Of a stretch of DNA of 64,000 bases, positions 36,876 to 49,760 are shown piece after piece. The stretch covers positions 1,034,654-1,098,653 of the forward strand of contig NW_003314308.1 in assembly GCF_000143415.4 (NCBI RefSeq). The letters are read 5' to 3'. The notes under the pieces are model-generated. The model was given only the letters and a program-made list of their open reading frames with translations. It did not search any database and had not been told where the DNA came from. The position numbers were made by a program, and so were the translations under genes. Source of the DNA: Selaginella moellendorffii (taxonomy: Eukaryota; Plantae; Lycopodiophyta). The stretch's first letter is position 1. The number at the start of each line of letters is the position of its first letter.

Positions 36876-38723
36876 ATGGATAGCGGAGTTGCCGAAGGTG
36901 CGTGAATCTTCTTGTTTTTCCTGGAGCTAAGTGTTCTTACATGAGTGCTTCCAGGTGCTGGGAAAGTGTACATTGATGGCAACATGCTTGCCGTCAAGGC
37001 TCTTGCAGCAGCAGGAGTGGAGACCATGTACGGCGTCGTTGGCATTCCGGTGACCTCTCTCGCGACTTACGCCATGAAGGTTGGGATAAAGTTCATCGCT
37101 TTCCGGAATGAGCAATCAGCGGGATATGCAGCGTCAGCAGCTGGTTTTCTGACTGGTAAACCGGGAGTTTTGCTCACAGTCTCGGGACCAGGTTGCGTGC
37201 ACGGGCTTGCGGGTCTGAGCAATGCAATGATCAATACGTGGCCCCTGGTGATGATCTCTGGGTCCTGCACGCAGAAGGATATAGGGAAAGGTGACTTCCA
37301 GGAGCTTGATCAGATGGAAGCTGTGAAACCGTTTGTCAAATACTCGGGCAAGGCTAGCCAGATTTCTGAGGTTCCCGAGGTCGTATCTAAAGCTTTTCAA
37401 GTCGCTCTGGAAGACCAGCCGGGAGGGACATACATCGATCTTCCTTCCGACGTTCTTCATGAGAACATTTCCGTCGAGGAGGCCGAGAAGTTGCTTGCGG
37501 GGGTGAAGGCTGCGAAGCCGATGTTCTCTCGCGAGCTGGAGTGCCACTGTTCCGAGTCAGACATTCAGGAGGCGTTGTCTCTACTCCACAAAGCCGAGAA
37601 GCCGCTGGTGGTTTTCGGGAAAGGTGCAGCTTTAAGCCGTGCGGAAGGTGCGATCAAGCAGTTTGTCGAACGGTCAGGAATACCATTTCTAGCAACACCA
37701 ATGGGCAAGGGAGTCATTTCGGACACGCACCATCTTTCTGCTGGGGCTGCTCGTTCGCTGGCACTCCGTGAGAGTGATGTTGCACTGGTAATTGGAGCTA
37801 GATTAAACTGGCTACTACACTTCGGCGAGCCTCCACAGTGGTCCGATTCCGTTAAGTTCATCTTGGTCAACACTTCTAAAGAGGAAATGGAACTACGACG
37901 CCCGGCTGTGAAACTCGTTGGCGATGCAAGGATGGTTATGACGGACCTAAACAAACAGTGGAAGGACTCTCCTTTCTCTCTAGGCGACAAGCATCCTTGG
38001 GTGGAGAAGTTGAAGAACAAAGCCAGTGACAGCGTCGAGAAGATGGCTGCGAGGCTGAAGCAGGACGTCGTTCCTTTCAACTTTTTGACTCCGTTGAGGA
38101 TTATTCGCGATGCGATCTCGTCTTTAGGCTCGCCAACTCCTATCCTCGTCTCCGAGGGAGCGAACACCATGGATATAGGACGGACTGTCTTTCAACAGCT
38201 AGAGCCTCGAACGAGACTAGACGCTGGTACATGGGGAACGATGGGTATCGGGATGGGCTATGCAATTGCCGCTGCCGTGGAATCACCAGGGCGCTTAGTT
38301 GTTGCTGTCGAGGGAGACTCTGGCTTTGGCTTCAGTGGTTTCGAACTGGAGGTACGTCTTTTTTTTTCTTTACGCTAAGTAGCATGGTTTCTTATGTTTT
38401 GGCTGCAGACAATAGTTCGATACAACCTCCCGATCGTGGTGATCATCTTTAACAACGATGGAGTGTATGGTGGCGATCGGAGGACTCCGGAAGACAAAGA
38501 GGGCCCACTCAAGGACTTCCCGGCACCGACGTCCTTCATTCCGTGCGCTCGCTATGACAAAGTGATGGAAGCGTTCGGTGGCAGTGGCTACTTTGTGAAA
38601 GAGCCCAAGGAGCTGGAGTCTGCAGTGAACGAGGCATTTGCAAGCAAGAAGCCAGCTCTGATCAACGTTAGAATCGATCCATTTGCCGGCTCGGAGAGCG
38701 GCAGAATGCATCACAAGAACTAA
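36876..38723 (+). CDS. HACL: 2-hydroxyacyl-CoA lyase / oxalyl-CoA decarboxylase-like ThDP enzyme; introns 36898-36954 and ~38352-38408
   Basis: MYGVVGIPV, FRNEQSAGYAA, LDAGTWGTMG and ThDP motif GDSGFGFSG..E..IIFNN. Confidence 0.92.
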
Positions 38724-38797
38724 ACCCGGCACAGGTTTGCGTGTCTAGTGTTTTTCACTACTACTCTTTCCATGTAAAATAACAGGTTCCAGGGAAT

Positions 38798-40932
38798 TCA
38801 GAGAGCCTCAGTTGCTTGGGCCTCAGACTTGTCCCCGGACTTCATCTTCCGGAGCTCACTGAAGAGGATATCAGTCTTCGCGTTCGGCCGTGCACCGTCC
38901 TGGAGCATCCTCTCAACGAATCCATACGCCGGTCTCTTGGCATTCACGTAAGCCAGCAGCAGCTTGTTATACACCGCACTGTTCACCCAGTAACCCGCCA
39001 GCTTCCAGTCCTCGAGGATCTGCTCGGCCCTCTCCACGTCCGGGATCGCAGCCAGAGCTCCGAGAACAAGCGTTAGAGAAGCAGGCAGCGGCCTCGACCT
39101 CGGGTTCCTGGTACCAGTCACCTGGGACTCCCTCAACCAAGTGATCGCTTCCTCGGTATTGCCAGCTTTGAGGTACATGTCGACGAGGTGGAAGTAGCAC
39201 CAGGGATCCATCTGGACGCCGAGCTCCTCCTTCATCCTGCGCACCAGCTCTTCGGCCCGAGCAGTTAGCCCGAGGATGGAGTAGACGTACAACATGGCAC
39301 TGAACATCGGGGAGCTGCCAAGTTTTCCCAGGCTCTCGGCGTCCTTGAACAGCCTCTCGGCCCTCTCGACTTCACCGAGCTTCCCCCACGACTTGATGAC
39401 GCAGATGAAGTCCTGGCTGATCGGGTCCCCGAGCTTGAGCAGCTCCTTCCAGGCTCGCTGGACGCCGGCCGGGTTCTTGACGGTGGCGTACATGGTGATG
39501 AGCGTGTTGTAGGCGGTCCGGAGCTTTGGAAACTGGCCGATCTCCATACCGTGCTCGATGGTCTGGAGGACAGCGAGAGCTTTGTCGAAGAGCTCGTCGC
39601 TGGCGTAGCAGCTCGCCATGGTCACGTAGGTGGAGATGTGGGCTTTCTCGTGCCGGCTCGACTTGATGCCTTGGAAGGCTTGCTCCGCGGACTCGATGCC
39701 TTCGACCTTGTACTTGGCGGACAGAAGGATGTTCTCGGAGCACATATCCAGCTGAATCCCGAGCTCCCGAGCTTCGTCCGCAAGATTGAGCACCTTCTCC
39801 TCGAGACCTCTCCGGCGGTAGAGCGTGGCCATCAAGTTGAAGGTGTAAGGGGTGGTGATCATCTTCTCATCCCGGAGCTTTTCGTAGACGACCTCGGCCT
39901 TGCGCAGCATCTTGGACTTGGTGTATGCCAGCAGCAGCGCGTTGTAAGCCTCCTCCTTCTTGTGCTCGTCCGGGAGCTTTTGGAAGATCCTCTCGGCCAT
40001 TTGGTACCAGCCGCAACGGCCATGGAGCTCCACTCTGCGAATGTCGTCCTTGATCTCGTGAGGAACTGGCTTCTTCGCTGCCATCCAGTTCGCGATCTGT
40101 GCAACAAAGAAGAACAAAATGAGTCGACAAGAACTTGGAAGCTCTAAGATGAAGTTGGTATCATCCAGGAGGTAGGAAGTTTCTTCGAGAGGGATGGAAG
40201 CTTGGAGGAACTCGAATGGATCATGGTCTACAAGAACTTGGAAGCTCTTGATCACTATAGAAGCTTGGAAGAACTGGAATGGCGTGCTCAAAGAAAGAGA
40301 AGAAGAGATTCTAAGAACTTCGTATCATCCAGGAGGTAGCAAGACCTTACTCTAGAAGCTTGGAAGAACTCGAATGGAGGAGTGAGCAAAGAAAGAGGAG
40401 AAGAGCTTCTTACCTTGACGGCATGGACGTGGCGATTGCGCTTCTTGAGCTTGCGAATGACGAACAAGAAGGTGTGCTTGGTGGCCAGGTTTCCCTCCTT
40501 GATCCACTTCCTCACCTCGGGGACAACCAGCGAGACCTGTGTGCGCTTGAGCCTGGCGATGTTACTGGCGAGATGCGTCGCCGCCGGGTAATCCACATCG
40601 TCCCAGTAGTCATTCTCCTCGTACTGATCCTCCTCCTCCTGCTCCTCCTCGATGTCGTGAATCGACCGCGTGTCCAGCTCCGAATCGCTGCTCTCCTCCT
40701 GCTCTGCCAGCATCTCCTTGATCATGGATGATTCCGACTGGCAGCGCGCTGTGGCGATCCCGGAGATGGATCTTCTGGAGGGAGAAGAGAGGAGGAGAGG
40801 ATAGAAGTGGCACCTGCTTAAATTCGAGAATGACGGTGGCCTCGCGATGACGTCGAGCGAATACGAGCAAGAAATCGAAGAGAATGCCGCCATAGCTCGG
40901 CACACTCGCAATCCTCCACTGCTCATACCCAT
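38798..40932 (-). CDS. P-class PPR protein, probable plastid transit peptide (intron 40413-40097)
   Basis: Ser-rich N-terminus, acidic tract, HAVK|IANW splice, P repeats. Confidence 0.88.
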
Positions 40933-41031
40933 TTCAAGGTTTGGGGTTTATCTTCCCCAAGAACCCTAATTCACATTAAACAAATAATTCACAAATAAAG
41001 CTTTTATTAACCAAAGTAATTTTCATGGCAT

Positions 41032-41103
41032 GGAGGTATAGCTCAGTGGTAGAGCAATCGGCTGCAGTCCGATAGGTCACCAGTTCGATCCTGGTTGCCT
41101 CCT
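41032..41103 (+). tRNA. tRNA-Cys (GCA)
   Basis: Acceptor stem GGAGGTA/TGCCTCC, D arm TAGCTCAGTGGTAGAGC, anticodon arm ATCGG-CTGCAGT-CCGAT, T loop GTTCGATC, U73 discriminator, downstream T-runs. Confidence 0.95.
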
Positions 41104-41183
41104 AATAGTCTTTTGCGACTTTAAATTTAATTGGACTACTTTTTACTTTTTTACTGCAGGATTTTAGGGATTAGGGTTTTGCG

Positions 41184-43120
41184 ATGAGAGGATGGATGCT
41201 GCTGCGACGGATTTCCCAGGCCGGGCAATGCAGCCTCTTGCGGCGCGATGCGGGCAGCGATCGATCGTTCTCCAGCATTCTTGCCGCCAGAGCGCATTCT
41301 TTCTCTGTTTCTAGCCGGAGCGCGGAGGAGCAGGATGATTTCTCCGATACCGACACCGGTTTTGCGCACAAGCTCGCCAAGCAGGCGGCTAAGATGGAAT
41401 CTCCCAAGCTCGTGGATCTGTGTAACAAGATTGCGGCGCTGCGGCCAAGGGATTCCGGTCACGTAGTGCCGATGTTGAAGGAATGGGAAGAGGAAGGCAA
41501 TGTGCTCGACAAGGAGATGCTTCGAGCGATCATGCTCAAGCTCCGGAAGTGGAAGCGTGGATCTCTCGCCCTCGAGGTACTGTACAAACAATGCGAATTC
41601 TTCCTTTGGTTCCTTCTTTTGTTTTCTCCCTTGTAATGTTGTGCTACCATTTTTTTTCCCGGTGATTCTTTCGTTTCTCGAGTTTTTCTTCTATTATTCA
41701 AGAATTTCACTCCTTTTTTTCCTTGACTTGATCGTTCTCCTCGTTCCTTTCTTGAGAAATTACTTTCTTTCCAATGACGAATGCTCAAAGTTTTTGGTTT
41801 TTCTAACTTTCTCACATTCGAACTCCACAGGTTGCCGATTGGATGTATTACACAAAACAGTTCCCGCAGGATCTGGACGACGTTATCCTCCGAATGGACA
41901 TGGCTGTGCGTGCCAAAAAGATCCGGAGAGCTCAGAAGATTTTCAAGAAGCTTCAGGCTTGGGAAAAGACGACCGACGCGTACAACACGATGTTCTTGAT
42001 CTTCTCCCAGCGCAAGATGATCCTCCATGCCGACGACTTCTACTACAAGTTTAAGGAGGCCAAGCTGAAGCCCAACGATATCACTTTCAGCATACTGGCT
42101 TGCCTCTACCGGCGGTGTGGCCTGCACAACAAGGTGGTGAGGCTCCAGGAAGATATCGAGGCAGCAGGCATGAAGCCGTGCGTTTGCTTCCTGAACAACT
42201 TGATGGTGTCCAAGTACGAGCTTCACGGGATTTCTTCGGCCGAAGAGATTTTCAACCAACTGGTTCCTGCGGGATCTGACCTCAAACGCTCGCACTTGTC
42301 TACGTACTCGATGATGGCTGCCTCGTATTTGTCCGCGGGAATGCACGACAAGGCCCAGAACTTGTTAGAGGTGATCGAGAAAGCCATGGACCAAGGCAGC
42401 TTTCCAAAGCTGCGGAGGACGTATCACATACTTATCTCCATGTACAGCACCATGAAGAACAGGGATGGTATGGAGAGAGTCTGGAAGAAGATCGAAGACT
42501 TGAAAGCGCAGGACTACGTTGCTATGATCGAATCTTGTGGTCGAGCAGACGAGGTTGGTTCCGCCGAGAAGTACTTCAAGGAGGCGGACAGGAAAGGCTT
42601 GCTCAACCAGCCATCCTTGTTTGCGGCACTCTTAGGCGTCTACGCTGGGAAAGGACAGGCAGACAAGGCCGAAAAGCTCTTCAAGAAGATGAAAGAACAG
42701 GATGTTTCCCGGGACGCGCTGTGCTACCACTACATCATTCTTGCTAACCTCAACGCCAGAAACATCGATCGCGCGGTGGAAATCTTGGAGCTAGCAGAGG
42801 CTGCTGGAATGCGGGATGGACGCTCGAGGCCATTCCTAGGAACGTTTTGTGACGTTCTCAAAACGATTGCCAGAGAGACAGGGGATGTAGCTCTGGCCGA
42901 GACATTGCTGGCGGACTGGAGGAAGGGAAAGTATAGAACCGACATCGCGGTCTACAATCATCTTCTTCGGGTCTACTTGAAAGCTGGGAAGCAAGTCCAA
43001 GGCCCCTTCCTCAAGAGACTGGCTGGGAACAACATGAAACCCACACGCGAAACTCACCAGCTGCTCCAGCAGCTCAGTGACGCTGGCGGAGAAGTCGTGA
43101 CTGGCAACTATTATCTCTAG
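41184..43120 (+). CDS. P-class PPR protein, probable mitochondrial presequence (intron 41577-41830)
   Basis: LALE|VADW splice; P repeats. Confidence 0.88.
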
Positions 43121-43197
43121 ATTATCAGGTACATGGTTTACCTTTTCTTTCTTTTGGTGATGTGGGTCATTGTGAGCTGAGTTCTTTCTTGCAGGGA

Positions 43198-45012
43198 ATG
43201 TTGGCTGCTGTCATCGTTGTTCCAGTTGCGACGACCTTCGTTGCAAATCCTTGGAGCAGAAATAGAGCCAGGTGTCCGGCTTTAGTTTCAGCTCCATGGC
43301 TGGCTGGGGCAGCAGCCAGCCGGACAGCTACACAGGTTTTGGGTTCGCAACACATCGCACAACAGGCTAGACAGCAGGAAGAGGAGGACGAAGAGGACTA
43401 CGGTGCACAGAAAGAAGACTATGAGGATGTCGAGGATGAAGAAGATGCGGCCGATGAGCTGGGGAAGATTTACGAAAAGGATGAAGCCCGGCTGGCTGGT
43501 GTAGATTTTAGCGCTGCCCAGCAGCTGTTGGAGGCTATTTGCGAGCTCAAAGACGAGCAATACATTCGCGTCCAGAGAATTGTGAGAGGATGGCTCAGGT
43601 CGAGAGACGTGGAAGTGGGGAAGCACGAGTTTGTATACGTGATGAGGCGACTGAGAAAGCGCAAGAGAGTCAAGCATGCACTAGAGGTACTGAGTGTTTC
43701 TATTTTTTTCCTTTGAAGATGGATTGTTTTCTTTTCTTTTCAGATTGCGGACTGGATGGCTCTCTCGAGACCAAGACCCTTCACTCTAACTACGAAGGAC
43801 AATATTTTTCGAATGGACCTGGCTTCTCGCTGCGGATCTGTTGGCAAGGCCGAGAGGATCTTTGAGCGTCTCGCACCAGAGCACAGGTCCGAAGTTGCTT
43901 ACAACGCTCTTCTTCTCAGCTACACCAAGAAAAAAAAACGGGGACGGGCCGAGAGACTTTTCAAAGAACTCAAAGCCACTGGTACCATCTCGTCATGCTA
44001 CAGCCTGAACCTCCTGGCTTCGATGTATCGCCAGCTCCGCCTAGACGCGGAAGTTCTTATGTTGGCAAAGGAAGCACAGAAGTTGGGAGTTGAGCTCGAT
44101 ATGTGCTTCTACAACCTCCTCCTTCCAGCAAAGTTTAGAGTCCAGGGCCTGGAAGACGTTGAGAAGCTCTACGCTACAATCACTTCTCCCAGGGACAGGA
44201 CACGGTTCTTCACTTGCCTGGCCATGGCAAACATTTACGTCTCGGCTGGGAGGAACGACAAAGTGCTAGAGATGCTGGAGCTAATCGACCAAGGAATGGA
44301 AGCAGGGACGATAGTAAAGCAGCGCAGGAGATACAACGTCCTCATTTCCATGTACGCTTCGCTCGAAGACGGTGCTCGGGTGGAGAGGACGTGGGAGAGG
44401 CTTAAGCAGCAGCGACAGCCAAACACCGAGGACTACTGCTGCATCATCCGAGCCTGGGGGAAGCTTGGACACGTCGTCAGAGCCGAGACGATCTTCCAGG
44501 TAGCCGAAGCCAACGAGAAGAGCCTCAAGTACTCGACGGTGTTTAACGCCATGATGTTCGTCTACTCGGTCGCGGGGATGCGCGAAGAGGCCGAGGGGCT
44601 GGTCCGGAGGATGGAGTACGAGCTGGGTGTGAAGCTGGATCCGTGGTGCTACCACCATCTAGTGCTGCTCTACGCCAAGGCCGGAGACATCGGAAAGATG
44701 CTATCGACTTTGAGAGCTGCTCAAGCCTGTGGGAAGAAAGAGCGGCGATTCACGCCGCTGGCGGCTACTCTGTGGGCTGCTCTCAACACTCTGGCGGATG
44801 CCGGGGACGTGGATACCGCCGAGGAGACGCTGACGAGGTGGAAGAGGTCGGGCTACCGGGTTACCACGGGGTTGTATAACAGGCTACTCAGGGCACACTT
44901 GGTTGCGGCCAGGCCAACGGAGAGATTCGTGGAGAGGATGCTTGCGGATGGAGTCGTGCCCAATGGTGAGACGGAGAAGCTGTTCAATGAGCTCAAGATG
45001 AAACTATCGTAA
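43198..45012 (+). CDS. P-class PPR protein (intron 43687-43743)
   Basis: Transit peptide plus acidic tract, HALE|IADW splice; close paralog of the 38798-40932 gene (shared DPWCY and LDMC blocks). Confidence 0.88.
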
Positions 45013-45268
45013 GCATCGTATCAAGTTTACATGGTGAAGGAGTGATGAACAGAATGTTAGCGAAGAACTTTGGTGGTGGAGATCCAAGTGTTGCAAAGAA
45101 CGCAAAGAATGGAAATACAATTTAGAGAATGAGAGAACAAGGAGGCCTTGTTCTTCATCTCTATATACAAGAACACCTTAAATTCTTCTTCACTGGAATA
45201 TTTAAGCATATTCTACACAAAGGGTTTAGGGTTTATCACTGTAAGAGGAATATTCTCTAAATATCCCC

Positions 45269-47420
45269 CTAGTTGAAAACTTCTAGCTTCTTGAGAAGTT
45301 TGTGAGTAGTCTCGTTGGGCTCCAGCTTGGCCTCCTTGATGCGATTCTCGATCCCCCAAGCCGGCTTCTGGCACCTCCGGTACACCTTGAGCAGCGCATT
45401 GAAGAGCCTGATATCGTAAGGATAGTGCTTCGTCTTGAGCACCTTCTCCACCATCTCCTCGGCTTTCTCCAGCTCCTTCTTCCCGGCGTAGGCCTCCAGC
45501 AGCGTCAGCACCGTGACGAAGAGTGGATTCTTGAAGCCTTTGGCCAGGCCTTTCTCCTCCGCCTCGCTAAACTTCTCCGTGGCCTTGACGAACTGGTGCC
45601 TGTTCACGTAGCCGGACACCAGGTAGTGGTAGCCCTTGAATCCCAGCTTGTACCGCAGCTCCTCCATCTTCTTGGCCGTTCTCTCAGCGTCGTTCATGAG
45701 GCCGTTCATGCAGTAGACTTTGAGCATCGTGAAGCACTGCCTCTCCGAGAGCTTCTGATTCTGAGCTTCCAGTTGCTTGCAAATCTCCTCGAACTGCTTC
45801 ATCTCGCCGTTCATGCCGAAGGACTCGATCGCCGCCAGGAAGTAGGACTCGGGCATGTACTCGGCCACTCGCTTCTGCTCCCTCCAGAGCCTCTCCACGT
45901 CCTTCTTCTTTCCCATGGCGCCGTAGAGCCGGATCAGGTTCCTCCACTCGAAGCCTGTTGGTATCTTGTCCACGTCCAGGAAGAACTCCTCGATCGTGTC
46001 CTCCAGATCGTCCATCCCGAGCGCGTCCCGGCTCTTCAGCAGGTTCAAGTACGTGAAGGCGTCGGGAGCGACGTTGGACTTGTCCTTGAGCTCCGCAAAC
46101 ATCTCCTTGGCCTCGTCGATTAGGCCCATCCGGAGGTACATGGCGATGACGAGGTTGTAAGAGTAGGAATTGGTGATGAGAACCAGCTCCTTCATCTGCT
46201 TCAAGACGTCTAGAGCTCTTTCTTTCCTGTGGGCCGTCGCAAAGGCCTGGAGGAGCAGGACGTAGCACGTCTCAGTCTTGTCCTGGATCCGGTTGAAGCA
46301 AGTCAGCACTTTGTCCACCTTCAGCTCTCGAGTGTGGAAATCCATCCGGACCAAGTGATCGAAGTCCGTCAGCTGGAATGGCTTCTCCACGATGACCCAG
46401 TTCATGAGCTGGAAGGAAAAGAAAAACGTAAGAACGAAGCGAGAAGAAAACAAAGTTGGATCGAGCAAAGAGAGCGGAGAAAACAAAGCTGGATCGAACA
46501 AAGAGAGGAGGAAAGCAAAGTTGGATCAACCAAAGAAAGGGGAGAAAACAAAGTTGGATCGAGCAAAGCGAGCGGAAAGTTGAATAGCGCAAAGAGAGGA
46601 AAAAACAAAGCTGGCTAGAGCAAAGAGAGAGGAGAAACCAAAGTTGGATCAAGCGAAGAGAGGAGAAAGTAAAGTCGGATCGTGCAAAGAGTGGAGATAA
46701 CAAAGACTGAAAAGACTGAAGCAAAGACTGAAAAGAAAACAAAGTTGGATCGAGCAAAGAGAGAGAGGAAAAACCAAAGTTGGATCAAGCGAAGAGAGCG
46801 GATCGTGCAAAGAGAGGAGATAACAAAGTTTGAAGCAAAGACTGAAAAGAAAACAAAGTTGGATCGAGCAAAGAGAGAGAGAGAGAGAGAGAGGAGAAAC
46901 CAAAGTTGGATCGAGCAAGAGAGAGCGAACTTACTTTCATTCCTTGGAAGTAGAACATCCGAGCGTGGAGCCGGATGATGAGCTTGTAGATCACATCCCT
47001 TGTGACGAGATTGCCTTCGCTTTGCCAATCCTTGAGCGCTGCAACGATGTCTCTATAGTTGCTTGGCTCGGCCTTTTTCCAAATCGCGTCTATGTGAGAC
47101 TGCAGTGTACCGCTCGACGGTGGGATGGGAATCAGCGGCATCCGTGGCTCCCGCATTTCGTGTTCCACGAAGAATTTCTCCAGGGAGCGATCGTCCAGGG
47201 GTAGGACATGGAGCGCTCGCGTTCCTGGCGCTAGCACTCGCGCTGCTGGGGAGAAAACCCAGTGCCGGTTCACTGGCACGATCGATCGAGCCGGGACAGC
47301 GATTCTTGCTCCAGAGCTAGACAATGCTGGTTCTGGCGCCGCGATTGCGCTCGCGAAATGCCGCCTGTAGAAGAGAGGAGCTAGAGAGAATGCGAATGCA
47401 AGACGAGGAGGACGTACCAT
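45269..47420 (-). CDS. P-class PPR protein (intron 46934-46409)
   Basis: ATG at 47420 (MVRPPRLAFAFS), QGMK|LMNW splice, P repeats. Confidence 0.85.
46440..46925. repeat. Intronic minisatellite, ~30-35-bp unit AAAACAAAGTTGGATCGAGCAAAGAGAG
   Basis: More than 10 degenerate copies; explains several spurious low-complexity ORFs. Confidence 0.85.
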
Positions 47421-47493
47421 CGCCGCGCTTGGCGTCCCAGCCGATGCATCGCTGATAAACCCTAAACCCGGCCGGATTTTAGGGTTCTTGGGG
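47421..47493. promoter_or_regulatory. Very compact bidirectional promoter with opposed telo-boxes
   Basis: TAAACCCTAAACCC-GGCCGG-ATTTTAGGGTT lies between divergent ATGs at 47420 and 47494. Confidence 0.6.
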
Positions 47494-49173
47494 ATGGGAG
47501 CTGGAAGAGCGACGCTGCGTATCGCCAGGGCTGCGAGGTAAGACACCGATCACTAGTATGAGAGTGTAACTCGCTCACTTGCTCCTCCAGATTTCTTCTC
47601 AGGCCGGCAGCGAGCACGCCTATCGCTCGACCAAGAGCGGCATTCTCGTTTCTTGGCGAAAGGAATGTGGAGACAGTAGCCAGGGGTTGGATGAGCTCTG
47701 GATTCTATCTCCAGCAGCAGCGGCATTACACCGACGATGTGGAGTTCCAGGATGCTGGGGACGATCTCGTGGTTTACGATCCAAGAGCGTCGCGGAGGTC
47801 TCAAGGGAGCGGTGACGCTCTTGAGGACCTGTGGACAAAAGTGGATTACTCACAGGATCCAGTGTTGGGGATCAAACAGTGGGAGAGATCCGGCAACAAG
47901 CTCACGAGATCGATGCTCGCTATGCTTCTTCAAAGAATGAGGTGCCGACGAATGCACACCAAGTCCGTCCAGGTGAGACCTCTCAAGTTACTTGTTCTTC
48001 TCGCTCAAGAGTGATCGATCGGTTTTTTTTTCTTGTGGATAGATTCTTTCATGGCTCGTCGAGAAAAAACCCATCGAGGTGACCGAAGGAGACTACGAGC
48101 AGCTGGTCACCTTGGCTTGCCGCGACTCGGACTATGAGACCGCAGAGAAGTATTTCTATAGTCTCCCGAGTCACTTGAGCAAGTGGCCAGCGTTTTCGGC
48201 GCTCGTCGCCGGCTACGCATCCAGGAACTTGATGGCAAAGGCCGAGAACTTGATGAGAACGGGGACCTCGCCTCTGCCGCAGCCATACTCGGCGATGATT
48301 CTCATGTACATCCGGAGGGCCGAGTACCAGAAGATCGTCAAGATCTACAAGAGTATGAAGGCGGACGGGATAGAGCCCAACGTGATAACTTACGCGGTGC
48401 TGCTGAAGTTCAAGGACAGGATCGGGCCGATCAAAGGACTGGAACAAGACGTTGAGGACGCGCTGGGAAAGATCAAACTCAGTGAGATGTGCGCTGCGAA
48501 GAGGCCAGCGATTGCCGGGAACATGATGCACTGCTACGCGATGCTTGGGAAGCTGGACAAAGTGGAAGAAGTGTGGCAGCAAATGGACCAAGAGCGTCGG
48601 CTCCCAGAAGGTTTCTTCGTCATGGCAATTGAGTCTCTTGCGCTACTGGGACAAGTGACCAAAGCTGAGAAGGTTGCACAGATGAAACCAACCGCGAACG
48701 TCCAGGCTCGGCTCTTACAGGCACTGGCTCGTCACTTCGCCAAGCAAGGAAACATGAAGAGAGTGGAGGAAATGCTGGGCCGTGCCGACAGATACGAGCT
48801 GACACCATCTTTCGGGATTTACAACTATCTCGTCACCGGGTACTTGGCCAGGAAGGACCCCCAGACTGCGGCCTCGAGGATGAGATTGGCGTTGAAAGTG
48901 GTGACCGAAGAGCGAGCAGTGCCATCTTATGCCGCTGTCACGGGATTGCTTCCATATCTAGCAGCGGAGAAAGACGTGACGACTGCCGAGCAAATGGTGC
49001 GGAGGTATAGAGGCTGGACGGATGACAACTTCCACAAGCTGCTCCTTAATGTCTATGTAGAAGCTGGGAAAGGACCGTCTCCGGACATAAAGTCGAGGTT
49101 CAGGCGCCTTCCCTGCGTTGGTCACGTCGAAGCCAGGCGGCTGGCTATCAAGGCCTTCGCGTTAGAACCATAG
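47494..49173 (+). CDS. P-class PPR protein; introns 47538-47590 and 47973-48042
   Basis: Spliced presequence MGAGRATLRIARAAR|FLLRP, KSVQ|ILSW splice, P repeats. Confidence 0.82.
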
Positions 49174-49639
49174 CCATTGCTGCGGTGATACTACGACTAC
49201 TGGTAACTATACCCGTCTCTCTTTAGCCGGCTGGTCCTGACTCTTTTGTTCAAATCCAGGAGTACTTTTCTTCTCTTTGCGATGTCAAACGGACCTCGTA
49301 GCTGCGGTTATGCGCATTACCCATCGACCGAAGTTAGTAACGAAGATCTGACGGCTGCGGATGTTCCTGATTGGATCCGACGGCTCCCGGCGGTGTAATA
49401 AATTGCCATCTGAAATAGACATGACCTAGGGTTACAACAGAGATGGGGAGATGGGGAGACGGTGATGTATGTGCGTACGCCTCGATGTGCGATCATGTTA
49501 TGTAATTAGCGTCTTGTGATTCTGGCAGTCATAAATCATGACGGTGGTTTGGAAGATTTCGATTCAGGTATCAAATTGTGGATTCTCTTAGATCCTGGCC
49601 AAAGGTGTCCTTAGAGGAGGCAGAAAAGAGCGAGGCTGG

Positions 49640-49760
49640 TGGAAAGAGGCCAAGAATCGAGGCGCCAGCGGTAGGCAAGGCTCCAAGAATCGAGGCGCCA
49701 GTGGCAGACAAGGCTCCAAGAATCGAGGCGCCAGCAGAAAAAAGTGTCGAGGCACCAGCA
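49640..49760 (+). repeat. 30-bp coding-like tandem repeat (PRIEAP) in a decayed unknown gene
   Basis: CCAAGAATCGAGGCGCCAG occurs three times at 30-bp spacing. Confidence 0.7.

Noticed and set aside
46440-46925. Regular ~30-bp repeats, superficially CRISPR-like, and long Lys/Arg- or Phe/Leu-rich ORFs
   Set aside because: No unique spacers and no cas genes; lies wholly inside a GT-AG intron, so it is a minisatellite.
25977-49173. Many long antisense or alternate-frame ORFs over PPR genes
   Set aside because: Expected shadow ORFs of GC-rich coding sequence with no domain signal.
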